A stretch of DNA of 64,000 bases from Octopus sinensis (Eukaryota). This document shows, in pieces, positions 26,867-40,701 of this stretch (within the stretch, counting starts at the first letter, position 1; each line of letters begins with the position of its first letter). Below the pieces are notes generated by a model that searched no databases, was not told the DNA's origin, and saw only the letters and a program-made list of their open reading frames with translations. The position numbers and the translations under genes were made by a program. The stretch is taken from the NCBI RefSeq assembly GCF_006345805.1, contig NC_043000.1, forward strand, positions 108,810,001 through 108,874,000, in the 5' to 3' direction.

Positions 26867-27579
26867 TACATATATATATATAATCAAATATTAGGGAATA
26901 AATCCAAACTTACAGGGAAAAATCAGATTTAGGATTGAATCCAATTTTATAGTAAAATATTATATTATATTAAATTAGAGATAAAACCACTATTAGGCAA
27001 ATCATACAATGAAAAACTTAAGCCAATACATAAGATTAATTAATTTATATTATTTTAAATATATATCAAAATTATTAAAAAAAGATAATTAGTAATTATC
27101 TTTTTTTAATAATAAGCTCAATCTCCAGCCCAATCACTATTTTTTCGTGGTTGAGCCAGGTATTGAACTCGATCACACCAGGCTGCCTCCAGTAATAAAT
27201 TACAAAGAACTAAAGGAATAGTACGGGGTAGATATGTTAGAGTACGATTGAAAGAAAGACAAGTAAGCGATGTTGCTCGATAGCACGGCTGACATCGCTT
27301 TCATTTTTCATCCTATCATTTGTTTTTTAATTTTTTTTGTCCCCATATTGTGTATGTTCCCTCTATGTTTAACCTCCTGTGGGCAATAAAGAAATCAATC
27401 GTTAAATATTCCGGTTGTCAATTATGTAAACAATAATTCATTTTAATAGCAGACCAAAACAAACAAACAAACAAGGTGTAACAGGTGTAAAAGAATGTGT
27501 ATAAAACAATTATGAAAACAAAAAAATTGTGCCAAAGAACCGGGAAGAGGATTTTCGGAAAATTCACACGATACGATTT

Positions 27580-27830
27580 TTTGCCTCATAACCTTTAAGA
27601 AAATGGATATCTTTTCATCGAAATTTTATATAGATACCTTTCAAATGGCATATATTATGATTATAAAGAAATCTGCGCGGAAAATTGTTTTCGTTGGCGC
27701 AGTTTTTCGTTTTCGTATTCGTTTAATAGCCATTTACTCTGAATCCACAGCATCTTAGCTGTATTTGTTGAAAATTTCCATAAAAAATATCCATCTTTCT
27801 GGATGTTATGAGGCAACAAAGTCGGAGGGG
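27580..27830. mobile_element. Diverged MITE-like inverted repeat
   Basis: ttgcctcataacc..aaaatggatat..tcgaaattt mirrors aaatttcc..atatccatc..gttatgaggcaa. Confidence 0.5.
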
Positions 27831-28024
27831 GGGGGTACACATCTGTAATTATGTCACTCAGTTTATATTTTAAATATTTAAAAGACAGTTTTCTTGGTTT
27901 GTTTATATACCCGTTGATTGTTGAAGTATAAAGTCGTGTTTTGACTCCTCTCCGCCGGTCATCAGTAAGCTTCACAGCTACAAATGAAGTTTGACCACAC
28001 ATATTTGTGTATTTAATTCAACTT

Positions 28025-28087
<63 letters not shown>

Positions 28088-28146
28088 GCATGTCATATTT
28101 TCCGTTTGTTGTTTTTATTTATCTTTGGCTAAAAAGAGGCGATGAC

Positions 28147-29870
28147 TGTTGTTGTTATATATATATATAATGTATTGAGTATTAAAGGAAGTAGTGAGTA
28201 CTTAGTATGAAAGATTAAGAAAATGAGAGAGACTGAAAAAACGTGTTAACGATACGAGATACTTTATTAGACTGCCGTTGGTATTTGTTGTGGCGGGAAA
28301 CTTACTGAATGTCCTTGTATCAAGGGAGACAATGGGCAACGTTGACTGTTCATGTTTGTTGTGATGATTACATAACATCTTCCTTTTTATTTATTTATTT
28401 ATTTATTTATTTTTTTATATGTATCTACAGGGAATAATTATTCGTCGTCCACTTTTTGTGGTTTTATTATTTTGTAGTGTTGAATTCTGTAGTTGTGCTA
28501 TTTTGGAATTATATTTTTATATTCTCTGAATGGCAGTACGGTTACGTCTGCTCCAGTATCAATTTTAAATGTTACATTCGAGTTGTTCACTTTTAGTTCG
28601 ACCGTCCAAATGTCTTTTGGAGTCTTGAACTTTTCGATTTTGTGCACGCGGGAATTATTTGCAGTGATCATTTCGAGTGCATGTGTATCGTCATCTGATT
28701 CATCGTCGGTATGTATCTCTACTTTATGTACAAATTTTCTTGATTTGCACATTTTTGCATAGTGTCCTTGTTTCTTGCATTTTTCACATGTCTTGTGAAA
28801 TGCTGGGCATTTATTTCTTTTGTGATTATAAACACAATAGTGACAGTTAGTGACGTAGTGTTGACTTGGCGCTTGAAACTTCGCGGGCTTTCTGTCACTT
28901 CCACCTTGTTCGTTTTGATGTCTGGATTGCATATGGCGAGTTATTTGAGTTTTGGCGCCTTTTCTGTCGTGTTGACTATATACCCTCGAGATTTCGTTAT
29001 CTCTTGTTTCGGATGAGGCATTTAACATCCTTGATTGGAGTCGTGTTTGCTCTGCACTCTGACCTGCTTGAATTGTTTTTTGTAAGTCTAAATTTGGTTC
29101 TCTCAATAATCTTTCTCTTAATCTCATGTCTCTGATTCCACATATCAGAATATCTTTGGTGAGACTGTCTGTCAGGTTGCCGAATTCGTACTGTTGTGCC
29201 TTTTGGCGCAACTCTAACACGTACTCATCGAATTTTTGATGTTCCGCTTGTCCACATGTGAAGAATTTGTGTCTCAGGAAAGTTATGTTTTTCCTGGGTT
29301 CACAATATGCATCGAATTTTTCGATTACTGTTTGAAGGTTCATTTCTTCGTCGGGTGAATCGAAATCCAGAGTGGAATGGATGTCTCGGCCATTGGAACC
29401 GATGCAAGTTAAAAACATTGAAGTTTTTACTTTGTCTGGCTTCATGTCACTTTCTGTTGCTATCAAAAAGAGATTGAATTCTTTTTTCCACTTTTTCCAT
29501 GCTGCGGCGAAATTTTCCTGATTAAAGTCTAGGTCTTTTGGATGCGGTAAATTTTCCATTTCGTCTTTGAAGTATGATTTCAACCTCTTTTTTCTTTTGG
29601 TTTCTGTATTTTGGGTTCTTTTAGTATTCTGACACCATGTTGTTATATATATAATGTATTGAGTATTAAAGGAAGTATTGAGTACTTAGTATGAAAGATT
29701 AAGAAAATGAGAGAGACTGAAAAAACGTGTTAACGATACGAGATACTTTATTAGACTGCCATTGTTGTACAAGGTATTTGTTGTGGCGGGAAACTTACTG
29801 AATGTCCTTGTATCAAGGGAGACAATGGGCAACGTTGATTGTTCATGTTTGTTGTGATGATTACATAACA
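28147..29870 (-). mobile_element. Complete but internally deleted Ty3/Gypsy (Mag-like) LTR retrotransposon, gag-protease only
   Basis: LTRs 28147-28377 and 29638-29870 (TG...CA on minus); PBS tggtgtcagaa next to the 5' LTR; PPT aaaaaggaaga before the 3' LTR; 5-bp TSD atgac at 28142-28146 and 29871-29875. Confidence 0.92.
28498..29583 (-). CDS. Gypsy Gag (two Cys/His knuckles) + N-terminal aspartic protease, 361 aa
   Basis: W..W...F..F N-terminus, F....Q...E.F..Y...LR motif, CHYC..H..C and CEKCKKQGHYAKMC knuckles, protease FKIDTGADVTVLP. Confidence 0.9.
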   Translation of the reverse strand: MKSYFKDEMENLPHPKDLDFNQENFAAAWKKWKKEFNLFLIATESDMKPDKVKTSMFLTCIGSNGRDIHSTLDFDSPDEEMNLQTVIEKFDAYCEPRKNITFLRHKFFTCGQAEHQKFDEYVLELRQKAQQYEFGNLTDSLTKDILICGIRDMRLRERLLREPNLDLQKTIQAGQSAEQTRLQSRMLNASSETRDNEISRVYSQHDRKGAKTQITRHMQSRHQNEQGGSDRKPAKFQAPSQHYVTNCHYCVYNHKRNKCPAFHKTCEKCKKQGHYAKMCKSRKFVHKVEIHTDDESDDDTHALEMITANNSRVHKIEKFKTPKDIWTVELKVNNSNVTFKIDTGADVTVLPFREYKNIIPK

Positions 29871-30100
29871 ATGACCAATGGCTAGAAGAATATTGAGCGA
29901 AAGCTAAAAACCAGTTGATCGAGCAAGCGGGGTCGGGCGGGGCGGCGGTGCTTACTGATGCCATCAGGAAGTAGGCCCCAAAACGGGGCGCATTCTCTCC
30001 CGATGAGCTCAGAAACTTGCCAGCACTTGCATTTGCAAGCTGTTTGTAAAATATACATACATACATACATACATACATACATACATACATACATACATAC

Positions 30101-30660
30101 TTGGTGGCTTCCCCCTCGTTATCGAATATGGCATTGCACGAAGCTTAATCAATGTTGTTATCGTGCAATGCCTGTGCAAGAAGATTTCTTTTAAAGTGGG
30201 GAAAGGCTGTGCACTGAGTCAATCCCACTCACTAAGCAACAGCAGCCATAATCCGAAAAGAAGACCAAGTCAACATCATCGGTAACCACTGAGCCGCAGG
30301 TTTTTGTATCGGTGTTATCCCAGTTACCTGAGTTACCTTCTCCTAGAAGGATGCCCTAACAAAGGCTAGGAGTCCTTCACTCCCAATGGTTTAACCACGC
30401 GATCGGGTATTCAGTCCGATTATTTCCATGTTTCCGCGCATGATCCAGCCTTAAGACATTTATTGGATGGCCGTTGACTCTCAAGAGTTCCTCCACCCTA
30501 TGACGGGTTTTGTTTTTCATCCCGCAGGGTGTCCAATAAACACCCTCCTCACCAAGCAAACTTGGTGGGGTTGCCGGTTTAGTCGCCGACGACCCGACCA
30601 TGCAACAGGTTGTACTGGGTTACATGTTACCAGTAGCACTCAAAAGTGACCTGACACTAA
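30101..30660 (-). mobile_element. Non-autonomous RTE-derived element, longer copy (structured 5' UTR + RTE-like tail)
   Basis: Same family as 8981-9416 and extends about 115 bp further 5'; flanked on both sides by (ACAT)n. Confidence 0.7.
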
Positions 30661-31129
30661 CATACATACGTACGTACGTACGCACATACATACATACATA
30701 CATACATACATACATACATACATACATACATACATACATACATACATACGTATATACATACATACGTATATACATACACACATACATACGTACGTACATA
30801 CATACATACATACATACATACATACATACATACATACACACATATAAAAGGAATGTGTATGATTATGAATAAATCACAATTATAACGGAGACAGTTGCAA
30901 AAACCTTATATGTCTAGAAATAGCAGTCAAAACCACTATAATTGCGATTTATTCATAATCATACACACTTCTTTTATCAAATTTATGGTTACATGTTTGG
31001 CCATTAATATATTCGTAAATAATTATGAATTATGATATATCCTTCCTAATGTATTTTTACATTCCTCTTTAATTACACACAGACACACACACCACACACA
31101 CACACACACACAACACACACACCACACAC

Positions 31130-31207
<78 letters not shown>

Positions 31208-31669
31208 TCACTGTTGTGTGTGTATGTATACACACGCGCACACACATATATAATCAAGATTTCATAATGAGGAATGGAGAATTATACGTCTTCAAAAATT
31301 ATTTGTGAAAGTATTTTTTCATAAAATTCCAATCCGACACATGTTTCTACTGGATAAGTATCCCGGTGTCCTTAGATGTAGCAGTTACGTGAATTTAATT
31401 GATTTAAATTAAATCAGTCGCAATTAACATTCATTCAAAAGTTGGCATTCCTAACTGGCCGAAACTTGAAAGTCACCGTTAACAAAATTTTTGTACAAGA
31501 ATGATAAATTTGTCCCCCATAATGTATCGAGTAATCCATCAGATTAATGTAAAATTGTGTTTATTTTAATTGAACATAAAATCAGACGTTAATATGTGTG
31601 TGTGTGTGAACAATTTAAAAGTGTCTTCCCTTCCCCCCTTGGTCACATGCAGATAAAAACAAAACCCGG

Positions 31670-33389
31670 CTGAATTCTTTAATATTGCAGCTCTAATAAA
31701 GGAAGCGCCAACCATCGATTACATCAATATTGAAGAGACAGATGTAACAGCGGCCATAGATGAAATGAGTTCAAGCTTTGCCACTGGTCCTGCTGGCTTC
31801 CCAGCTATTCTCCTGACGTTATGTAAACAGGCTTTGGTGAAACCACTTCAGATACTTTTCCAAAATTTCCTTGCAAGTGGTAAACTTCTTAAAAAGCTAA
31901 TAGAAAGCATTATATGCCCTATCCAGAAAGGTGGAAGCAGAGCAGAGGCCCAAAACTAGAGGCCAGTCCTCTGACTTCACATGTCTGTAAACTCATGGAG
32001 CGAATCATCAGAAAGAAGTCGGTAATGTTCCTAGAAGAAAGTGACCAACTGAACAACACATAGCATGTCTTCCGTCCAGGAAGAAGCTGCCTCATACTGC
32101 TCCTACAGCACTATGACTGGGTTTTGAAACAGCTGCTTGACCATTCAGATGTCAGCGGGTGATATGCTTTGACTTTGCAAAGGCATTTGAAAAGGTAGAT
32201 CACGGCATGATAAGCTGCGAGACCTTGGCGTTGCTGATAAACTGGGAGAGTGCTGCATAACTTCCATAAAGACAGAAGTCAGGTATTTGCAGCCAATGGT
32301 ACCCTTTCTGAGGAAACTCAAATCCTAAGTAGTGTCCCCCAGGGAACTGTTCTGTGGCCATTACTATTCATAATAGCCCTCTTAGACGTACCCACAGTCA
32401 CTCGGACAGCCTCTGTCACTAGCTACGCCGATGATACAAAATTATCACAGACAATAAAAAATTAAGATGACAACACAAGTTTACAGCGGGACCTGAATTC
32501 GATATACAAGTGGACCTAAATAAACAACATGAAATTTAACGCTGGAAAATTGCAAGCACTACACAATCAACTCACGAACTCACTAGAACCTGCATATACA
32601 GGAACCGAAGGTACTGCAATCCCAGAGTCACAGGCAGTGAAAGACTTGAGGATCAGTATGTGAAATGTTGCATCATTTCATATGCATATTACCATGATGG
32701 CAGTAAAGTGCAGACAACTAACAGGATGGATACTAAGGTCCTTCAAGACAAGAGACTAAGAAAATATGTCAATCCGATGGAGAACCTTTGTTCTCAGTCA
32801 CCTGCTCTCTATAATGGCCACCATGTAATGTCAAACAAACAGCGGAGTTTGAAGCAGTCCAACATCACTACACTAAAACGATTGAAACAGTGCAGCGGGT
32901 GAGTTACAGGGAGAGGCTGAAAAAACTGCAACTTCGCTCCTTGGAGCGAAGGCGCGACAGACATGTAATACTCTCTATATATGGAAAACTCTAGAAGGAC
33001 TGGTACCTAATTTCAGCATTGAGTGTTATACAAATGTTGGAACTGGCCGCTATCGTATTGTACCAAAGTTACCATCCACTCCATCTAAATTCAGGATCAA
33101 GTACTGCAATAGCCTAGGGTTCAAAGGCCCACAGCTCTTCAAATGCCCTGCCACAAAAATTAAGAAAGCTGCATAAGTTGGAAGCAGATATCTTCAAAAA
33201 GGAACTAGACATCCTCCTCCCCATAGTACCGGATGAACCAACATGAGGTACAGACGAGGGCAGCGGAATCAAACTCCCCTATACATCAAATGGGCCAACA
33301 GCTGGGACAAAGGCACTTACAGGAGTGGTGATGTGAAACACCCCAGACTGAGGAAATCAGCATGACCGTGTTCGATGGCTGAACGAGTA

Positions 33390-33390
<1 letters not shown>
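31670..33390 (+). mobile_element. Decayed CR1/L2-clade LINE (RT domain and 3' end)
   Basis: TGPAGFPAILL, IICPIQKGGSRAEAQN*RPV, DFAKAF.KVDH, SSVPQGTVLWPLLF and SYADDTKL motifs with stops and frameshifts; ends cagcatgaccgtg..gctgaa. Confidence 0.9.
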
Positions 33391-33469
<79 letters not shown>

Positions 33470-33471
<2 letters not shown>

Positions 33472-34066
33472 CATACGTCCTCAGCCACTTGGACTACTGC
33501 TCCCAAATATGACCACTACACAGTATAAGATTAACGGCGGAACTCGAAGCAATCGTCTCAATGCAACATATCGACTTGTGGGAAAAGCTGAAAGAGTTAA
33601 AACTCTTCTCCCTAGAACTAAGGCGGGAAAGATATGCAGTGATATACATCTGGAAAATCTTGGAAGGCCTTGTACCAAACTTTGGCATTGAAAGTTACAG
33701 AAACAGCAGAACGGGGCGTCACTGCATAGTGCCAAAGATCTCAGTATCACCATCAAAATACAGGACCAGATACTGCAGCAGCTTGGGTTTCAAGAGCCCA
33801 CAGCTCTTCAATATCCTTCTAAAATGCCTGAGAGACCTGTATGGTGTGGATGTTGGTGTCATGAAAACAAAACTGGATCTCCTCTTGTCAAGAGTTCCAG
33901 ATGAGCCTACCTTACGGCAGGAAACACAAATGAGGGCAGCAGCCCTCCTCGTTCACCATATGCCATATATCAGAGGAGGTTTCAAATAATGGTATAGCAC
34001 AGCCAACGGTGGCGCCCCAGCATGACCGCAGCTTTAAAGCTGAAACAATTTAAAGATTCTAAAGAT
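33470..34066 (+). mobile_element. Second CR1/L2-clade LINE 3' fragment with intact 3' tail
   Basis: ORF 33561-33989 reads LWEKLKELKLFSLELRRERYAVIYIWKILEGLVPN..; tail ggtggcgccccagcatgaccgcagctttaaagctgaaacaatt(taaagatt)2. Confidence 0.88.
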
Positions 34067-34081
34067 TTAAACTTAAATCCG

Positions 34082-34185
34082 CTCTTACGAGCCTAATCAG
34101 CAAGTGGAGAATCCCAATTTTGCAGGAGGTAGCGCTATCTTCTGCAAAATTGGGATTCTCCGCTCGCTGATTAGGCTCATTAGAG
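34082..34185. other. About 104-nt imperfect hairpin
   Basis: gagcctaatcagcaagtggagaatcccaattttgcaggag pairs with cttctgcaaaattgggattctccgctcgctgattaggctc around a 10-nt loop. Confidence 0.8.
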
Positions 34186-34491
34186 TCCTTACGAAATTGA
34201 TCGCCACTGTCAATTAATCGATGGTCCAGGTGAGACAACTCATCCTCACAAATGTTTTTTTTTTTTATCTCTGATAGCCGTTTGACCAACTAACCATAGT
34301 GTTTCTCCTCTTCCGTGAGGTGAAGAGTTAAGTTTGTCTTTGTATAGAGTCTGATGAGCCATGCACAAAGCTGCGGCCTTCGTGGATGCGGAACAATTGC
34401 TCACTCTTTGACCAAACTTCAGTGTTTCAACGCTTTACTGCTCTGTTCTTTACAATGTGTTTCTTATTCGGATATGTGATATATATTATTT

Positions 34492-34755
34492 TACTTGTTT
34501 CAGTCATTTGACTGCGGCCATGCTGGAGCATCGCCTTTAGTCGACGAAACTGACCCCAGGACTTATTCTTTATAAGCCTAGTACTTATTCTATCGTTCTC
34601 TTTTTGCCGAACCGCTAGCTTACGGGGACGTAAACACACCAACATCGGTTATCAAGTGATGGTGGGGAGACAAACACAGACACACAAACCTATACATATA
34701 GACGACGGACTTCTTTCAGTTTCCGTCTACTAAATACACTCACAAGGCTTTGGTA
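34492..34755 (-). mobile_element. SINE family B
   Basis: Tail and central blocks as in 8352-8721. Confidence 0.8.
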
Positions 34756-34974
34756 AAAAATGACCATCACGAAATATAGCAATATATATATAGAACAATA
34801 TATATGTGTACGTATGTATATATGCCGGCATACTTCTCACCTAGCATCGTGGATGACCCAGAAAGGCATAAGTTACATCTTCCGTTGTGCAAAATACAGT
34901 GTGTGAGTGTGTAACAAGCAACACACATCTTGTGTATGTGTGTTCGATTTAGTTTGTATATATATATATATGTA

Positions 34975-35012
<38 letters not shown>

Positions 35013-35482
35013 TGTAAATATATATATATATATATATACATGCTCCACACAGTTTCCATCTACCAAATTCACTCAAGGCATTGGGGTTATAATACAAGAC
35101 ACTTGTTCAAAGTGCTGAGCAATGGGCTTGAACCCGTAACCACGTTGTAGCAAAGCGAGCTTCTAAACCACATAGATATTACTGCGCCTTAGAATTATTT
35201 TTTTGTCTTTAAAACACGAATGTTTTTTATTTACACTAGCGCGGAGATGAAAAACAAGTCTTCCAAAGCTATGCTGTATCTAATATTTCGAGTGCCTTAA
35301 GCACATTATCAACAATTTATGAAAAAAATATACAACGTATGGAAATATGCAACTCTGTTTGAAAAGCAGAGATGTCTGTTTGTTCTATAAGCAGCTAATC
35401 CCGCCTCCGTAGAATCATACATATGCACACCTATGTACACTGCCCCCTACACATATACGTATTTATAATATCCTATACACAC

Positions 35483-35572
<90 letters not shown>

Positions 35573-35593
35573 TGCACATACATACATACATAC

Positions 35594-35661
<68 letters not shown>

Positions 35662-35829
35662 TATCTACATACACATACACGCTTAGACACATGAATACAC
35701 ACACATATCTGCACACATGTTATTTACGTATATAACCATACATGCATAAAGACTGTTTGAAATATCTACATACATACACATATACACGTATATAGACATG
35801 TGTATGTGTGTTGATGGGTTGTTGCGTGC

Positions 35830-35876
<47 letters not shown>

Positions 35877-36229
35877 TATATATACTGTATATAGATATAC
35901 TGTATATGTATATAAATATAGTCAGGTATATTATGTAAAAACTCTATATGTCAATTAACCCAGATATTCATTATAATGTTAGCAAACATGGAACATTCTT
36001 AGATAAACGCATGCACCTGCAAATAAATGCATAAAATAGGTGTCAGCATTCAAGTGTATGTTTTTTCAGCAATAAAACCAGAAAAAGCCTACCTCCTTCT
36101 CTTCTTCTTCACCAACCATTCGTCATCGTTCAGTCACACGCCATCACCCGTTCGCTTCGCTTCCCAACCCGCGTTCATATCAAATTTTGAAACGTCTAAA
36201 ATCTCTCCTTTCTTTCTCATATGTGTCTA

Positions 36230-36272
<43 letters not shown>

Positions 36273-36381
36273 GTGTATGTATGTATGTATGTGTGTATGT
36301 ATGTGTGTATGTATGTGTGTATGTATGCGTGTATAGACACGCATACATGCGTGTGAATATTCTTCGTATGTGTGTGTGTGC

Positions 36382-36433
<52 letters not shown>

Positions 36434-36682
36434 CAGAATGCTTTGCTGTTCTCAAATATTTCTTCCATATTTTAGTTTCCTTTCTTTAGTTTTTCTTTGT
36501 TACTTTTTTGTTTGCTTTTGTTTTATTGTTTTGATTTTATTTCTTTATCAGAAAATCTTATTTTTTACTCCTCCATCTCTTTATATATGTTAAGCCATAC
36601 ATACATACATACATACATACATACATACATACATACATACACCACACACACACACACACACACACTAATATATATATATATA

Positions 36683-36746
<64 letters not shown>

Positions 36747-37375
36747 CCATACAAGCATGCATATATCTTATATATAAAGGGTAAAATATATATGTCTGTC
36801 TGTTACCATCTTACTGCCTAAACTAGCGAACCTATATGCATGAAATTTTTGCATACATGTCTAACTAACATCCAATAAGCTAATTGGATTTCAACAAAAA
36901 TCGATAATGGGCCTCCTAGGTGGGGTTGGGTGAATTATATGATAAAATGAGAAGGGTGCAAAGAATATTAAACTGAGGGAAATGTAGTAGCAGAAGTGAG
37001 TGTGACTGATATCAAGGAAGGGGAGAACAGTGTTGTGTAAGCGACAAACAATGAGTGGCAATGGGATGTAAAAGTTAATACAGCTGTCATATACGCGAGA
37101 CATTGCAGACATGCACACACACGCATGTATTATTCGTAAACAAGACTGTTGTTGAGACTGACTTCAAAGCTTCGGCCAGCTAAGCCATCGTTGGACCGTG
37201 CGACGATAATTTAGCTGGCTGAAACTTCGAAGTCACTGTTAACAAAGTTCTTGTTGAAGAATAATAAATTTGTATTCTATTCGTATAGAATAACCCATCA
37301 GATTAATGTAAAATTATTCTTGCTATAACTGAACTCAAACATTAATATCTATCTATCTATCTATCTATCTATCTA

Positions 37376-37428
<53 letters not shown>

Positions 37429-37796
37429 CTTGACTATGATTCTATGAACCGTAAAAATTAATACAGAGAGTTGCTTATTTACAAAAAAAAAAAAGAAATA
37501 TAACATGTGACTTCATTGACCGAGGTTACCGTGGTCTTTTCCGTAGGCTTTTCTTTCCACGGGTAAACCTCACCTGTCCTCCCCTTTACACTTCATATTG
37601 ACATTTCTGTAATAACGATCCCTATTGATCAATTTCCCCCCCTTTTTTTTTAAATCCACCTCCTTTTTTGTCCTCTTTTTTTCCTTTTACGATCCCTTTT
37701 GATCGAAAACCACCCCCCTTTTTTTACCCCCAAAAGAAAAGCTCTACCTTGTAATTTGTTCTATCTGTGTGCAGCCCTGTGTGGCTAATAAAGAAA

Positions 37797-38904
<1,108 letters not shown>

Positions 38905-39031
38905 TTAATTAAGGGTGAGAGAATTAGATACTAATTTAATAGTATATCTATTCAACACCAAGTGGGCTAGTGCTCCGAGAAACCTGGATTATTATAATAT
39001 TTTATAACATATTATAATATTTTTACAAAAT

Positions 39032-39350
39032 AATATAAGAGAGTGGTCACTATATGGCTCACTCTAGCACCAGTAATCCAAAAGGTTTCAACCACGAAAA
39101 TACATGTTTCCCATGAAAGTCAGTACGATTGTTAGCTCACACTGTTAGTCACATTGTTAGCTTACATTTAATTCATTAATAGCGAAACAATTGTCCCAAA
39201 ATAATCTGTATTTTTGTTATTTTTTATTTGCCCTGTCCGTGTGAGCTAACAATCGTACTGACTTTCATGGGAAACATGTATTTTCGTGGTTGAAACCTTT
39301 TGGATTAACTGGTGCTAGAGTGAGCCATATAGTGACCACTCTCTTATATT
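39032..39350. repeat. About 110-bp inverted repeat with about 96-bp spacer
   Basis: 39032-39142 is the reverse complement of 39239-39350. Confidence 0.9.
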
Positions 39351-39558
39351 TATATATATATATATATATATATACATATACATGTGCAAATCTATGGACA
39401 AACAGGGAAAAACAACGAAAGTTATTTGGACGCACTTAATGAATATATTAGATTAACGCTCAGTGAAAGTTTCGGATGGAAAAATAGGAGTGAATGACGT
39501 TTCGAGCATGGCTCTTCGTCGGATAGAGGAAAAAAATACAGGGAAGAGGAAAATGAGG

Positions 39559-39613
<55 letters not shown>

Positions 39614-40221
39614 GTGTCTGCAAAGTTTCCGTCTACTAAATTCCTTCACAAGGGATTAGTCGGCTTGGGGCTATCGTAGACGATATTTTCCCAAGGAGCC
39701 ACATAGTGGGACTGAACTCGAAACGACTTTGTTGCAAAGCGAGTTTCTTAACCACACAGCTTTGCTTGCACCTATAAACTATGCAGAATTTTATTTTCTA
39801 TTTCGTGGTTCTACCAATGTGACTGACTTTCTTCACACTTTTAGATTCGTCTGTGAATATATGGCGCCAATGGAGAAGTGTTCCAGCTGGCGTTTGCCTT
39901 ATCTCGCGTTTGTTGTTAAGTCTTTGCCGAATTTTTCTCCTCCAATGGCGCAAAATGTTTTCGTTGTATTTTCTTTATTCTCCACCAAAATCCTGCTCAC
40001 TCGATGCGATATAACCACAAAAACAAACGAAAATGAAAACAAAAGGAAAATCAAAAACAAAACAAACAAAAGTGCTAGCATTATTTTCATTATACTGAAA
40101 ATAGAATACATATACATACATACATACATACATTCATACATATAGACACATGCATGCATACATACATGCATACACACACACACAAACATGTATGTATGTA
40201 TGTATATATACTCTTTTTACT

Positions 40222-40428
40222 CTTTTACTTGTTTCAGTCATGTGACTGTGGCCATGCTGGAACACCGCCTTTTAGTCGATCAAATCGACCCCAGGACTTA
40301 TTCTTTGTAAGCCAAGTATTTATTTTATCGGTCTCTTTTTTGCCGAACCGCTAAGTTACGGGGACGTAAACACACCAGCATCGGTTGTCAAGCGATGTTG
40401 GGAGGACAAGTACAGACACACAAACACG

Positions 40429-40476
<48 letters not shown>

Positions 40477-40640
40477 TACGACAGGCTTCTTTCAGTTTCC
40501 ATCTACCAAATCCACTCACAAGGCTTTGGTCGGCCCGAGGCTACAGTAGAAGACACTTGCCCACTGTGCCACGCAGTGGACTGAACCCGGAACCATGTGG
40601 TTGGTAAACAAGCTACTTACCACACAGCCACTCCTACGCC
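40222..40640 (-). mobile_element. SINE family B, full length
   Basis: Tail at about 40225, internal (TA)n, head ending ccacacagccactcctacgcc. Confidence 0.85.
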
Positions 40641-40701
40641 TATATATAAAATATTATTTCTAAATCTCAGAAACTTTCAGTAACAGCGAGTAAAGATTAT
40701 C

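Noticed and set aside
30540-30660. HDV-like ribozyme at the 5' end of the RTE-derived element
   Set aside because: Hairpins are present, but I could not fit the nested double pseudoknot by eye; left as an untested suggestion.
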